Shown here: piece by piece, positions 37,152-49,436 of the stretch
Numbering within the stretch: the stretch's first letter is position 1
How the letters are laid out: the number at the start of each line of letters is the position of its first letter
Assembly: GCF_902652985.1 (NCBI RefSeq)
Contig: NC_047015.1
Coordinates: forward strand, 38,812,001-38,876,000
Origin: Pecten maximus
Lineage: Eukaryota
Length of the DNA stretch: 64,000 nucleotides
Direction of reading: 5' to 3'
The notes under the pieces: model-generated
The model's input: only the letters and a program-made list of their open reading frames with translations
What the model was told of the DNA's origin: nothing
Database searches by the model: none
Position numbers and translations under genes: made by a program

Positions 37152-38191
37152 TATGGGGTGCCGTTTTACTATTTATTCCCATTTGGTGATATCACCTATT
37201 CAAATGAGTGATATCACCTATTCGAATACATGTAGGTGATATCACTTAAGAACTTTTTTAAGTGATATCACCTATTCGAATAAGTGATATCACCTATTCG
37301 AATGAGTGATATCACCTATTCGAATGAGTGATATCACCTATTCGTTTCATTAAGTGATATCACCCATTCGAATAGGTGATATCACTCATTTGAATATGTG
37401 ATATCACTTATTGAAACGAGTAGGTGATATCACCAATTCGAATAGGTGATATCACTCATTCGAATAGGTGATATCACTTAATGAAATGAATAGGTGATAT
37501 CACCAATTCGAATAGGTGATATCACTTATTTGAAAAATGAATTGGTGATATCACCTATTCGAATAGGTGATATCACCAAATGGGAATAAATAGTAAAACG
37601 GCGCCCCATAGTGATATCACCCATTCGAATAGGTGATATCACTTAATGAAACAAATAGGTGATATCACTTATTCGAATAGGTGATATCACTCATTTGAAT
37701 AGGTGATATCACCAATTGGAATAGGTGATATCACTTAAAAATATTCTTAAGTGATATCACCTATTCGAATAGGTGATATCACCTATACGAATAGGTGATA
37801 TCACCTATGAAATTTTATAAGTGATATCACCCATTCGAATAGGTGATATCACCTATTCGAATGAGTGATATCACCTATTCGAATTGGTGATATCACTTAC
37901 TCGTTTCAATAAGTGATATCACATATTCGAATGAGTGATATCACCTATTCGAATGGGTGATATCACTTAATGAAACGAATAGGTGATATCACTTATTCGA
38001 ATAGGTGATATCACTCATTCGAATAGGTGATATCACTTAATGAAATGAATAGGTGATATCACCTATTCGAATAGGTGATATCACCTATTCGAATAGGTGA
38101 TATCACTTATTTGAAAAATGAATAGGTGATATCACCTATTCGAATAGGTGATATCACCAAATGGGAATAAATAGTAAAACGGCGCCCCATA
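37152..38191. mobile_element. Foldback TIR element (IS3EU-like termini) filled with a 22-bp palindromic repeat
   Basis: TIR TATGGGG(C/T)GCCGTTTTACTATTTATTCCCATTTGGTGATATCACC; 6-bp TSD GGCTCC (37146-37151 and 38192-38197); an extra right TIR ends at 37610. It is inserted in a degenerate HINE (~36900-38395). Confidence 0.85.
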
Positions 38192-38456
38192 GGCTCCCCC
38201 TATTTGAGACAATGTGTCATGTGTCAAAAGTGTAGGTCACTCTGATCTACATTTTAACTTTTTTTCCCACATCAAATAAAAAGTTTGTCTGGGCTTTATA
38301 TCCCACAATATTAGTCGCTGGAACTTCATAATTCTTGTATTGATTTCTCCTTCATGAAACAATGTGTTGTGTATCAAAAAGTAGGTCAATCTGATTTTGT
38401 TCCAATTTCAGACGGGATCATGAGCATGATGGCATGACTTGAGCAAGCAACAGCAG

Positions 38457-41400
38457 ATGATGACATCTGACACCGCCAGTAACCCTGGAGGGTCATGGGG
38501 TTACGTGGTTGGTGTAGCTGCATTTATGATCCAGTTTGTGATCTTTGGTATTGCCACATCTTTCGGTGTATACAACATTGCCTTGATTGTGCACTTCCAA
38601 TCTTCAGTTGCTGCCACATCCATGATTGGTGCTTTCAACATTGGACTGCTGCTTGGAGGAGGTAATTCTTTCACATTTAATTTGTCATTAAAAGAAGGGA
38701 GATATATTGTTGACTAGTTTGTGTTGTTGTTAGGTCATCTGACCCGAAGGGTCACGATGATCTATAGACATTATGCTTCGTCCGTCGTCCGCCGTCCGCC
38801 GTGCGCCGTGCGTCGTGCGTCGTGCGTAAACTTTTCACATTTCAGTCTTCTTCTCAAGTTCCACCTGTGGGATTAAGCTGAAACTTGCTAGAAATGATCC
38901 TGAGATGGTCCTGACCAAGTGTTGTTATTTTTCGGGTCGGTCTGAAATCCAAGATGGCTGCCGTGGCCGCCATCTTGAAAAACACATTTTAAACTTCTTC
39001 TCAAGTTCCACCAGTGCTGTTGGGCTGAAACTTGCCTGAAATGTTCCTGAGATGATCCTGACCAAGTGTTGCTATTTTTTGGATTGGTCTGAAATCAAAG
39101 ATGGCCACCATATCCGCCATCTTGAAAAACACATTTTAAACGTCTTCTCGAGTTCAATTAGTGCTATTGAGCTGAAACTTGCCTGAAATGTTCCTGAGAG
39201 GATCCTGATCAAGTGTTGTTATTTTTTGGATTTGTCTGAAATCCAAGACGGCCGCCATCTTGAAAAACACATTTTAAACTTCTTGTCCAGTTCCATTGGT
39301 GCCATTGAGCTGGAAATGGGTGAAGATGTCAAGGAAGGCAAGCCAACATAGTGTTGTTATTTTTTCGGCCTTGTAAAAACTTTGACATGGCATCAATGGT
39401 GGCCATTTTGTAAAATGATTGCGCAATCATGGTTTTCCTGAACAACACCTATTTCAAACTTCTTCTCAAATTCCACCAGTGGGATTCAGCTCTAACTTAC
39501 CAGAAATTATCCTTAGATGGTCTAGACCAAGTGTTGATTGGGTCGGTCAGAAATCCAAGATGGCAACCATGCCCAACAGTGCCACTATATACTTGCTACA
39601 GAGAATACATACTACAATAATATAAGGGTTTTAATTTAGAATCAGATGACCGTTAAGGCCCCAGGTGGGCCTCTTGTTTTTCTAGTGCAATCTTGTCAGA
39701 AGCATAACTTTTGAATACCTGGTAGTTAAATTTATCTCAATGAAACTTTAAACATATCTGCATCACCAACAGGTACTGTGCAATGTACTATAATTGGGTC
39801 ACTATGACCTCATTTCAAAGTCAATTGAGTGAAAAATTTTCAAAACCTGTAGAGTGTGGTATTTTGAGGTATGCCATTTGAACAGTAATTAAATATATCT
39901 TGATAAAAGTTACAACTTAAAAGTCTAGCCTGCATCACCTACAGGTGCTGTGGGTTGAACTGTTATTGAGTCACTGCAAACTTCCTTTCAATGTAAAATG
40001 TCAGTTATGAGCAATTACATTTTTTCAACATGTACAATTGTCTTGAGCAAAATGTTACAACAGTAAAACATATCCTGATGCGACTTGAAATGCATCTGCA
40101 TCCATTCTTTTAGAAAGGGAAGACATGGTTACAAAAACGGATCTCCCAAGTTTTGATAGGGTCTAGAAACACTCTTATAACACTCTTTATTTAATAGAAA
40201 ATGCCTTGAAACACTCTTACTAGCACTCTAGAATCCTTGTGATAATTGATTTCTGTTAATTTGTATGATACACTTGGTTTGTTTGTACAGGACCGTTAGC
40301 CAGCTATCTGATGAGGAAGATAAGTTACAGGAAAGTGTCTTTCCTGGGATCTTTCCTCAGCACTATAGGTCTCCTCCTCTGTCCCTTGGCACCGAACATC
40401 ATCTATCTGGATGTATTTTACGGTGTCGTAACAGGTAAACCAATGGAATATTGTTACTGTCCAAACTTTGCCCTGTGATATGACAATAATAGCCATCGAT
40501 AAAAACAAAGGAGAACTTTTGTAAAACTTCAAAATGAATTGCCTCACAATCATTGTAAAAAAATAATGTGAAGATTTTGAAGCATTGCTATTTTGTGTTT
40601 AGAATGATTAATGATCAGTGACATTTATTATTTGCAGGTATTGGTTTTTGTCTGGTGTATGTGCCATCACACACCCTCTCAGGTCTGTATTTTGACAAGC
40701 ACCGTAGCCTGGCTACAGGAATAGTGACCAGTGGATCGGGTCTAGGAGGAGCTGTCTTCCCATACATCTCCAACTTCCTCATCAATGAATATGGATGGAA
40801 GGGTGCCATTTTAATCACGGCTGCTATCAACATGAACACTTTTGTATTTGCTGCATTGCTTCTACCTGTTCCTGTCTCTAGAAAAACCAAGGATGCTGAT
40901 GTTCCACAAGGAGATGAGTTGGTAGTCATGCTGACGGATACAGCTAATGAAGTAGTTTATGAATCGGCACAAATGTTAAATCAAAATGGTAACATGGAGA
41001 ACAAACACAGGGGTATCAATGATACTTTAATGGAAACAGAACCAGTCTCAAACTCCAATGAAAATATGAGGACAAACTCAGAGCAATATAAAAGAGAAAT
41101 AAGAAGAAATGATTATGCTTTAACATCTAAAAGTATAACATCAGAAAAGGAAACAAAAACATGTTACGTTTTATGTAATGTTGTTTTCTTGATTTACTGC
41201 ATCAACAATATTTTTTGGAACATGGGTTTGTCAATGGTATTTGTGCTTGGTCCAGGATACTTTACAGAGTTTGAAGTTACTGTTAAGGAATCCACCATTT
41301 GCTTAATGTGTTTCAATGCAGCCATCACTGTGGGTGGGATTGTTGGAGGAGGAGTTGGCAACCTCCGTTGTATCAACAGGATGGCCTTATACATCATGGC

Positions 41401-43086
41401 TAACTTCACTACTGGCCTGTTCATTTTGATGCTTGCATTGCCTTTTATGCACACATTCCTGGCGATATGTTTTGACATGTTCAGCATGGGCATAGTGTTT
41501 GGGATCATCTTGGGACTACTGGTCGTTGTAACAGCTGACATATTGGGAGTACAGGCACTTGGAGATGGCATGGGTTATCTTCTACTTGCAAATGGAATTG
41601 GCAATACAGTTGGACCACCCATTGGCGGTATGGCTGTTATTGTTTGTCTGTTAAAGAAATGATCTTACATACTCCAAAATGTTTATAGAGGATCACATGG
41701 CGAAAAACCTATGTGTCGCAGTCGGCACAATGATATCAGATAATAAAATACAGCCTCTTATGTTTAGGAGTAGATCTCATGATTACATCAGTAATTTGTC
41801 ATGTCAACCTGTCAACCTGCTTCAATCTGTGTATTGTTTGGTATGCCTTGTAAGTACTATCTTGTCTTTGCTATAATACATGTACTTTGTACATGGATAT
41901 ATATATATATATATGGTAATTGAATTTAAAATATGTTCTTTGATTCAGTACAATCACTAGTCATTGCATGAATAACACCGCCAGAAAATCAAGATATGAA
42001 TATTGCATATAAATTATGGAATCAAGCTTCAAATCTAGACAAAAGTGTACTCCTTTTAAGTTGTATTTTATCTTTCATCATCCACCACACATAACCTTTT
42101 CACATTTTTTATTTAATCCTTAATAATAGCCACTAAATTGATTTTAACTAAACTTAGCTATAATGATCCTACTGTGAAGTTGACCAAAGATATTGAAATG
42201 GAGGACATTCTTCCCAGGTGTGTGGTTATATATATGGAGCTAAAAATTGGTAAACGTAGATTCTGGCTGAAATGAGCAGCCAGTACAATCTACTCAATCA
42301 ATTGTCAACCCCCAGCAATTGGAGCTTTGGGCCCAAAAGGTGTTACCTAGGGAAGAAGATTAATCTACTTGTTTTCTAAAGTTTACTATATTTACATATA
42401 CGTTTTGCATTGTATCTTGCCTAAACTTTGTTTAAATATTTAAGTTGGGGACCAGAATTTATTTTCAACAAGTGGCTGAATCCTTTAGGGTTGTGGAGGG
42501 TGGGGCAGAAGTGGATATTTTATGTAGCGATTGGTCCAATCTAATTAAAATTAGACTTGTAATTTCCGTTCCTCTACGATACACTGCAATACAAGTATTG
42601 TAGTGTATCGTTGAGAAGCGGAAATCACAAGTCTAATTTTAATTAGATTGCGATTGGTCCACATGCCTCTTGTTTTTCTATGAATTACAGAAATTTTAAA
42701 TGATCAAAAATACATGTAAAGACAAACATTTTTATGTTCATTAACTTAAAAGCAGTGGAGGAAGATATTTATTTATGTTCTCAGAAAAATTGTCTGGTTT
42801 GAAATGACAATTGCAAACTATAAGAACATATACAATTGTAGTCTGAATTTTACTACTGCAATGATGTTATTTTTAGGTATTAATGACTTATATAATTTGT
42901 CACCTGTGATTTGTTGATATATTTTCAGGCTGGATAAAGGATATGACAGGCTCGTGTACCTTGGCGTTCTATCTGGCTGGGATTGCCGCTTTGGTGGGTG
43001 GAGGTGTCATGCTGATTGCTCCTGTATGGGAGTACTGTATGTCCAAGACCAAACATCCAGCAGAAGAGACACGAGAACAGAGATGA
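38457..43086 (+). CDS. Monocarboxylate transporter (SLC16/MFS)-like protein, 4 coding exons, ~498 aa
   Basis: Exons 38457-38661, 40291-40434, 40638-41627 and 42929-43086, all with phase-1 GT-AG introns. Motifs PGGSWGYVV, YFDKHRSLATGIVTSGSGLG, YGWKGA and GPPIGGWIKDMTG; two hydrophobic halves separated by a long loop. The acceptor at 38410-38411 implies an upstream non-coding exon. Confidence 0.92.
38730..39678 (+). mobile_element. HINE with ~147-bp repeats in MCT intron 1
   Basis: 5' TTAGGTCATCTGACCCGAAGGGTC, (CGTC/CGTG)n, repeats containing CAAGATGGC..GCCATCTTG; 3' TCAGATGACCGTTAAGGCC..CTCTTGTT. Confidence 0.88.
42537..42650. mobile_element. 114-bp hairpin MITE with 9-bp TSD (Mutator-like)
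   Basis: Almost fully self-complementary (CAATCTAATTAAAATTAGACTTG..CAAGTCTAATTTTAATTAGATTG); TSD CGATTGGTC at 42528-42536 and 42651-42659. Confidence 0.8.
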
Positions 43087-44214
43087 AGGTCTGATGACAA
43101 GTCCTTAAATATATCATTTGTACACACAAGATTTTGTGTATGTTATATGGAAAGAGAAAAGGCTTATTATTATATTGAAAGTGAAAAGAGTCAAGAATTT
43201 TCTATTTTAAATCATGTGAATTGATGTTTTCATATATTTGTATGTTCATTTACTGCCTCTTGTAATTTGGTAAGATCTGTATTAGAATGTAGCCGTACTA
43301 TGGCACCTTTCCCACCAATAGAAATCTCAACGATGAAAACTAATAATCCATGTAAGCATATTTGAAAATCTTGGCCTTGGTAACTCTCAAAGGTGATGAA
43401 ATGTGACAAAATTATTCCATGGCTCTTGTTGTAGACAACTACCTCTCTGAAACTAACTCATTTAAATAAGAAATGCCAAAATAAAAAAGATTACAGTTTT
43501 GTGATCAACATTGAACTCAATAGTAATTCGAAGTGTAAAAGAGTAGAATTTACAACCTGATGGCTTTAGCAGATGTAAACACATTTAAGAAAAGACTTGC
43601 ATTTCTGAAGACTCTAAGCATTTCTGAAGACTCTAACCAGGAAATAAATGCTTGAGTATGAGGTTCTTAGGTTCTGGTATCATACAGAAAAAAAAATTGT
43701 GTTTTTATAATCCCTACAGGTATTTTGTACCTAAAGTCAATGGCTGTTACAAGGATTATATCAGGTATAAATAGTTTAACCACAAGAGAAACACTATCAC
43801 ATGCAGATGCACATACTTAAATGATCTTATATATAGCTCTTATTATATAATAATTTCTGAACCTAATAACAGTTTGTGGAAAGCATACTTTTCATAAAAA
43901 TAAACACATGTATTGTTGATAGATCAATCTTGTTTATAGCTCCAAGCAAATCAATCTAGTCCCAAATCTTATCAAATGTATGCTGAAAGCATAGTTTAAA
44001 AATAATATACATTGTTTGTTTACAAAATCAACCTAGAAATCTGAAGTCACAAAAAAGCAGATTTAATCAATTGTTATTAACTCACTTTACAGTTTAACTT
44101 TCACTGTGGCAGTGTTTCTTCCATTCCAGAATATTTAATATCATTTTATTTGAAGCATCCATTGTCCAGGGAAATAAAAAAAAAAAAAAGGCTACATTAA
44201 ATTAATTTTGAATC

Positions 44215-45111
44215 ATTATGGCCCAAAGGCCAAGGCTTATGCTGTGGCGCTGCGTCCATCCGTCGGCAATCCGTCCGTCAACTTTTTCATGTAAACAACA
44301 TGATGACTTCTTTTTACCAGTAATAACCAAAAGACTTTGAAGCAAGATAATTACGAGAACGGTTCCTTGGATGAAACCCGACAAAGTGTGCGAAAAGAAT
44401 TGACCTTAACCCATATTCAAGGTCACGGGGGTCAAATCAGTTAAAACATTTTAATGACTTCTTCTCAATAACCAAGAGGCCCAGGACTTTATATTGGGCA
44501 TGAAGAATGCTGGAGTCATGGCAACTAAATTAGTGAAAATGAATTACCTTGACCTACATTTAAGGTTACAGGTGTAAAAAAGGGTAAACATTTTAATCAA
44601 CATTTTCTCAATAACCAAGAGGCCCAGGGACTTAATATTGGGTATGTAGCATGCTTGGGTGAAGGGATTCCAAGTTTGTACAAATGAAAGACCTTGACCT
44701 ACATTCATGGTCACAAGGGTCAAATAGGGTTAAATGTTTACAAGATTTCTCCTTAATAACCAACAGGCCCAGTGACTTGATATTTTGTTCCTACATTCAA
44801 GGTTACAGGGTTCTAATAGGCTGAAACATTTAAACAACTTCTTCTCAATAACCAAAAAGCTCAGGGACTTGATATTTGGTCTGTAGCATGCAGGAATGAA
44901 GGCTAGGAAGTTTGTTGAAATGAATGACTTTGACCAAGATTTAAGCTTGAAATAGTTAAATTGGCCAATATATTTAAAGACGCCTTTCTATGTAACTGCT
45001 AGGCCATGAGATCTTATATATGGTCTCTGATACACTTGTTCTTATTGATGTATAAGCATAAAAAGGATCACAGGATAGCAGGTGAGGGATTCAGACCCAT
45101 TGGGCCCTTGT
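44215..45111 (+). mobile_element. Degenerate HINE
   Basis: GGCCCAAAGGCC hairpin, (GTCC)n, ~150-bp repeats with GACCTTGACCTACATTCAAGGTCAC; 3' CAGGTGAG..CCCATTGGG..CTTGT. Confidence 0.75.
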
Positions 45112-46472
45112 ACCTTTACGGGTCATGGTGGAGTACTGTTATTATTATATAAACAGTAACAGCTGGAAATGATATTGCAGGAAATAACCTCTCCATTGGT
45201 ACAAACTGATGATGATCTGTTGAGTGGAAAAGAAGTATTTGAGGAGTATATTTTTATATTTTTCAAAGATACCTCAAGAGTTAAACTCCACAGTAATTTT
45301 TAGGTGTGTTGTGTTGTTATAACGATCATTTTTTGGTACTTTATATCCACAGTTTTGTGTGCTTAAAAAACTTGTGCATAATACATGTATATTGCCATAT
45401 TATTGTTATTTTTAATTGTTCTTGACAGTTGTTAGTCATATTTGATCGCAAAGTTATTGTTGTGTTAGTATTATATTATTGTAGATTCTTTGTGTCATAA
45501 GTGATATCAGTATACATATATTTTAAAGATTTTTTACAATTTATGCTAGTCATGTTTTAGTATCTGAAACCAAAGAGTTAATTAGTCACATCACAGGCTT
45601 CTAAAAAAAAGGATCTTTACTTATACCAAATGATAAAAGTTTCATGACAATCAATGTCAACAATAATAACAATTTTGTTTTAATTGTGTTTATTAACCTT
45701 TGTGGTGCTGAATTGTCTTCAATTAGGATGGCATTGAGTGCTGATTTGTTTCAAAAACAATTTTTTACAAACCATTTTTTTTTCTTCATGCTAAAATATC
45801 AAGAATGATCCAAATGATATGTTCCAGACATTCAATGGCGGTTTGAATGTCAATTTTATGTAAAATTTAGCACTTCGTCTGCTAAGCCTGAAAAGTGCAA
45901 ACTTTACATGAAAAAACAACACAAGTCCAAAAAACACAATTAAAAATATTATTTAATTCTTTAAGATATCTTTTATCTACATGAGTAAATAGCACATATC
46001 TTTTATTTTATCAATAACAATAATTATAACTGAAATGATTAATGGAATATGAAATTTTATTTCTCAAGGGAGATAATTTGAAATGTTTTTACTCAAGGGA
46101 GATAATCTGATTTTTTTTTTTATTAAAGAGAAATAACCATTGTCTTATCCAGGAAGTTGCATTTCACTGCATTTTCAGCTCCTAGAGCTATTATATAATT
46201 ACTCCTGAAACTAAACCACATATTTAATAAAGTAATTTCATCTGGTATAAATTGAACTTTATATAGTTCATATAATAAAATACATGTTATACAGAGTGTA
46301 AATATAAGTTTATGATATATATATACATGTCTATTTATATGTGTGTGCATATGTATATCAATGAATCCTTAAATCTGACATTTCCTTATTGTAATACTGA
46401 TCACAAAACTTTTTTGTAGAGTTACAATGTAACTAAAGTTAATTTAGCAGACAGCACTATTTCAAAACTTAC

Positions 46473-46770
46473 CCGAGATCTCAGCAGCAGAGACCAGTTG
46501 ACTCACAAGCTGTCGTCTGAAAAGCCTGTGCAATACTGGGTTGGCTGTCTGTTGTTAGTACAAGATGTACGAGTTGAGCACAGCAAGACCAAGCATGTGG
46601 AAGAAGACCTTTTTCCACTATTTTAGTGTCCTTCTGTCAAATCCAGCATATGCCACCATCTGGTCGCATCTGTCCACAGCACCCATGTTGTGGTTGTACT
46701 CTAATACACAGTCGGGCTTGGCAATCAAGTTCCCCTCTGAATCCCTCTTTGCAGTGTTGACCATTTTTCC
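46473..46770 (-). pseudogene. piggyBac (PGBD4-like) transposase C-terminal fragment with two stops
   Basis: Manual translation: KPDCVLEYNHNMGAVDRCDQMVAYAGFDRRTLK*WKKVFFHMLGLAVLNSYILY*..FRRQLVSQL. Possible element end TTAA|CCTTTG at 45693-45702. Confidence 0.85.
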
Positions 46771-47562
46771 TTAATAGCAGCAATATGGAGAATATTTTAA
46801 CCAAGTATGATGAATTTATTGTTTCATTGAATTTCATAATAGGTCAAATAATTACATGTCTTATCATAATAAAATTACCATAATGATATCAATAACTTAA
46901 TATTTGAATCAACACAGAGTTCAGAAGGATATGTTTGTTCAATGTTTCAAACTGGCACTGAAATCCAAGAGCATTTTACATGGTCCTATTTTTAATGACG
47001 CGATACAATTGATTGTATTGTCATAATGATCTTGTTAAGTTGTTACATTATGTTAGCAATGTTTTACCATGTTTGTTGTGTTGACATTGTTTGACATTTT
47101 CAAATACACTGTACCTTTTTTATACTATAGATGTTATACATGTCTATACATCTTTTTTTGTTTATATTTATGTATTTTATTTGGATACAGCTGTTACAAT
47201 TATTTCAATCTGGTACAGAGTAGTGAAGAGCACAAATGCAGATCAAGCTACAATGTAATCATACAAAGAATTTATAATTTTAATCAAATGACAGTATTAA
47301 TGCATGCATTTAGTATATATATATATATTTCTATTTTGTTTTGTTTTTGTTAATCATGATCTGTTTGTGGAATGTGCCATATGTAGCAGTACCATTTTTG
47401 GAAATAGAAGCCATCAGTACTATTGTATAACATAAATCATGGATTCAATTTTCTTGGCCAGTGTTGTATTAAGATTAGGTTATGATAGTATATTATATTA
47501 AAATTTGATTGAGGTCAAACCAGTAAATATTTTCACATCAAGCTAATTGAAATCAATTTTTG

Positions 47563-48579
47563 AACTAGAACTGTCGCCAGGATGGCTGACTAATACCCCC
47601 GCAATCTGCACGAGTCAATGGTGAATTGGAACTGTTAATTAGAGGCAAACTAAGATAACCCAGTAATATAGTGACCAGTTGCCATAGCAACCATAATTTT
47701 GAAAAAAAAGAAAGTGGCATGCACATCTACACATGGTCCTCTATATTTGTGTGAAGTTTCATTGAAATCGGCCCTTCGGTTTAGGAGGAGTTGTCCGGAC
47801 AAACTTAAAGTTATGGTTCTTATCAGAAAACCTGTTTATAGTGACCAGTTGCCATAGCAACCATAATTTTGAAGAAAAAAAAGAAAGTGGCATGCACATC
47901 TACACATGGTCTTCTATATACAATGTATGTGTGAAGTTTCATTGAAATTGGCCATTTAGTTTAGGAGGAATTGTCCGGACAAACTTAAAGTTATGGTTCT
48001 TATCGGAAAACCTGTTTATAGTGACCAGTTGCCATAGCAACCATAATTTTGTGAAAAATAAAGTGGCGTGGACATCTACACATGGTCCTCTATATTTGTG
48101 TGAAGTTTCATTGAAATCAGCCCTTTGGTTTAGGAGGAGTTGTCCGGACAAACTAAAAGTTATGGTTATCAGAAAACCTGTTTATAGTGACCAGCTGCCA
48201 TAGCAACCATAATTTTGAAAAAAAAAAAGAAAAAGGCATGCACATCTACACATGGTCCTCTATATTTGTGTGAAGTTTCATTGAAATCAGCCCTTTGGTT
48301 TAGGAGGAGTTGTCCAGACAAACTTAAAGTTATGGTTCTTATCGGAAAACCTGTTTATAGTGACCAGTTGCCAAAGCAACCATAATTTTGTGAAAAATAA
48401 AGTGGCATGCACATCTACACATGACCATTAATATTTGTGTGAAGTTTCATCGGAATTGGCCCATCGGTTTAGGAGGAGTTGTCCGGACAAAATGCGTCTA
48501 CAGAGAGACGGACGGACGGACGGACGGACGGACAACCTGATTCCAGTATACCCCCCCTAACTTTGTTGCGGGGGTATAA
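47563..48579 (-). mobile_element. HINE with ~5 repeats of 170-180 bp
   Basis: (GGAC)n microsatellite, TATACCCC..GGGGTATA terminal hairpin, AACTAG at the other end; same architecture as 28174-33056. Confidence 0.88.
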
Positions 48580-49210
48580 ATATCAAATTACATGATGTAA
48601 ATATATTGAAGTAATAAAAAAATCAGTACATCTGATGAGTGTTACAAAGTTGGAGTAGGATGAAGATGCCAATTGTCTTGGCATCCTTTACTGAAGGACT
48701 GATATGGTCAAATTAAATAAGATTGAGATACACCCATCAGATAAATCAACTGCAGTTTTGAGTTTAACTCAAGGGTTACTAATTTGTTTCCGTATAATGC
48801 ATTCAATGTTTTTTCAGTGATCTTTGAAAAAGCTGTAATTTTGTGAAAAGCACTACTAATTAAAGATATATTTTCTGTGATAGATGTCTGAAGAAAACCA
48901 TTTCAACATGTATTGCATTATATATACGTCCATTAACAATTGTAAGGAAAGGGCTTCAAATCCTGTTGCTGAAAAGGCATTGAAATATGTTTAAATCAAA
49001 ATCAAATGTGCTATATATCAACTTGGAATTTTTTTTTTGTCCTCATGAATGTACATGTATACAAATAATTTTACTAAATTGTATTTTGGTAAAAAATCTT
49101 TATATTAAATATTTTGTCTGTCTTAGTTTGTTGTTTTAATAAAATATTGTTGTGAATTCAAAATTTGTGTTGGAAATGTGTTGTGAGCAGAATTATAATG
49201 CGAAGCCCAG

Positions 49211-49436
49211 GGGCCGTGGTGGCCGAGTGGTTAAGGTGTCCCGACACTTTATCATTAGCCCTCCACCTCTGGGTTGCGAGTTCAAAACCTACGTTGGGCA
49301 GTTGCCAGGTACTGACCGTAGGCCAGTGGTTTTTTTCTCCGGGTACTCCGGCTTTCCTCCACCTCCAAAACCTGGCACGTCCTTAAATGACCCTGGCTGT
49401 TAATAGGACGTTAAACAAAACAAACCAAACCAAACC
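49211..49436 (+). mobile_element. Full-length tRNA-derived SINE
   Basis: A box GTGGCCGAGTGG, B-box-like GAGTTCAAAACC, central CTCCGGGTACTCCGGCTTTCCTCC domain, (AAACC)n tail; TSD AATG(C/T)GAAGCCCAG at 49197-49210 and 49437-49450. Confidence 0.92.

Noticed and set aside
37152-38191. CRISPR-like appearance of regularly spaced palindromes
   Set aside because: The 'spacers' are themselves repeats, the context is eukaryotic, there are no cas genes, and the array has TIRs and a TSD.
40615-41571. Antisense ORFs over MCT exon 3 (likewise over the LINE and PSMC3 exons)
   Set aside because: Shadow frames of real coding sequence.
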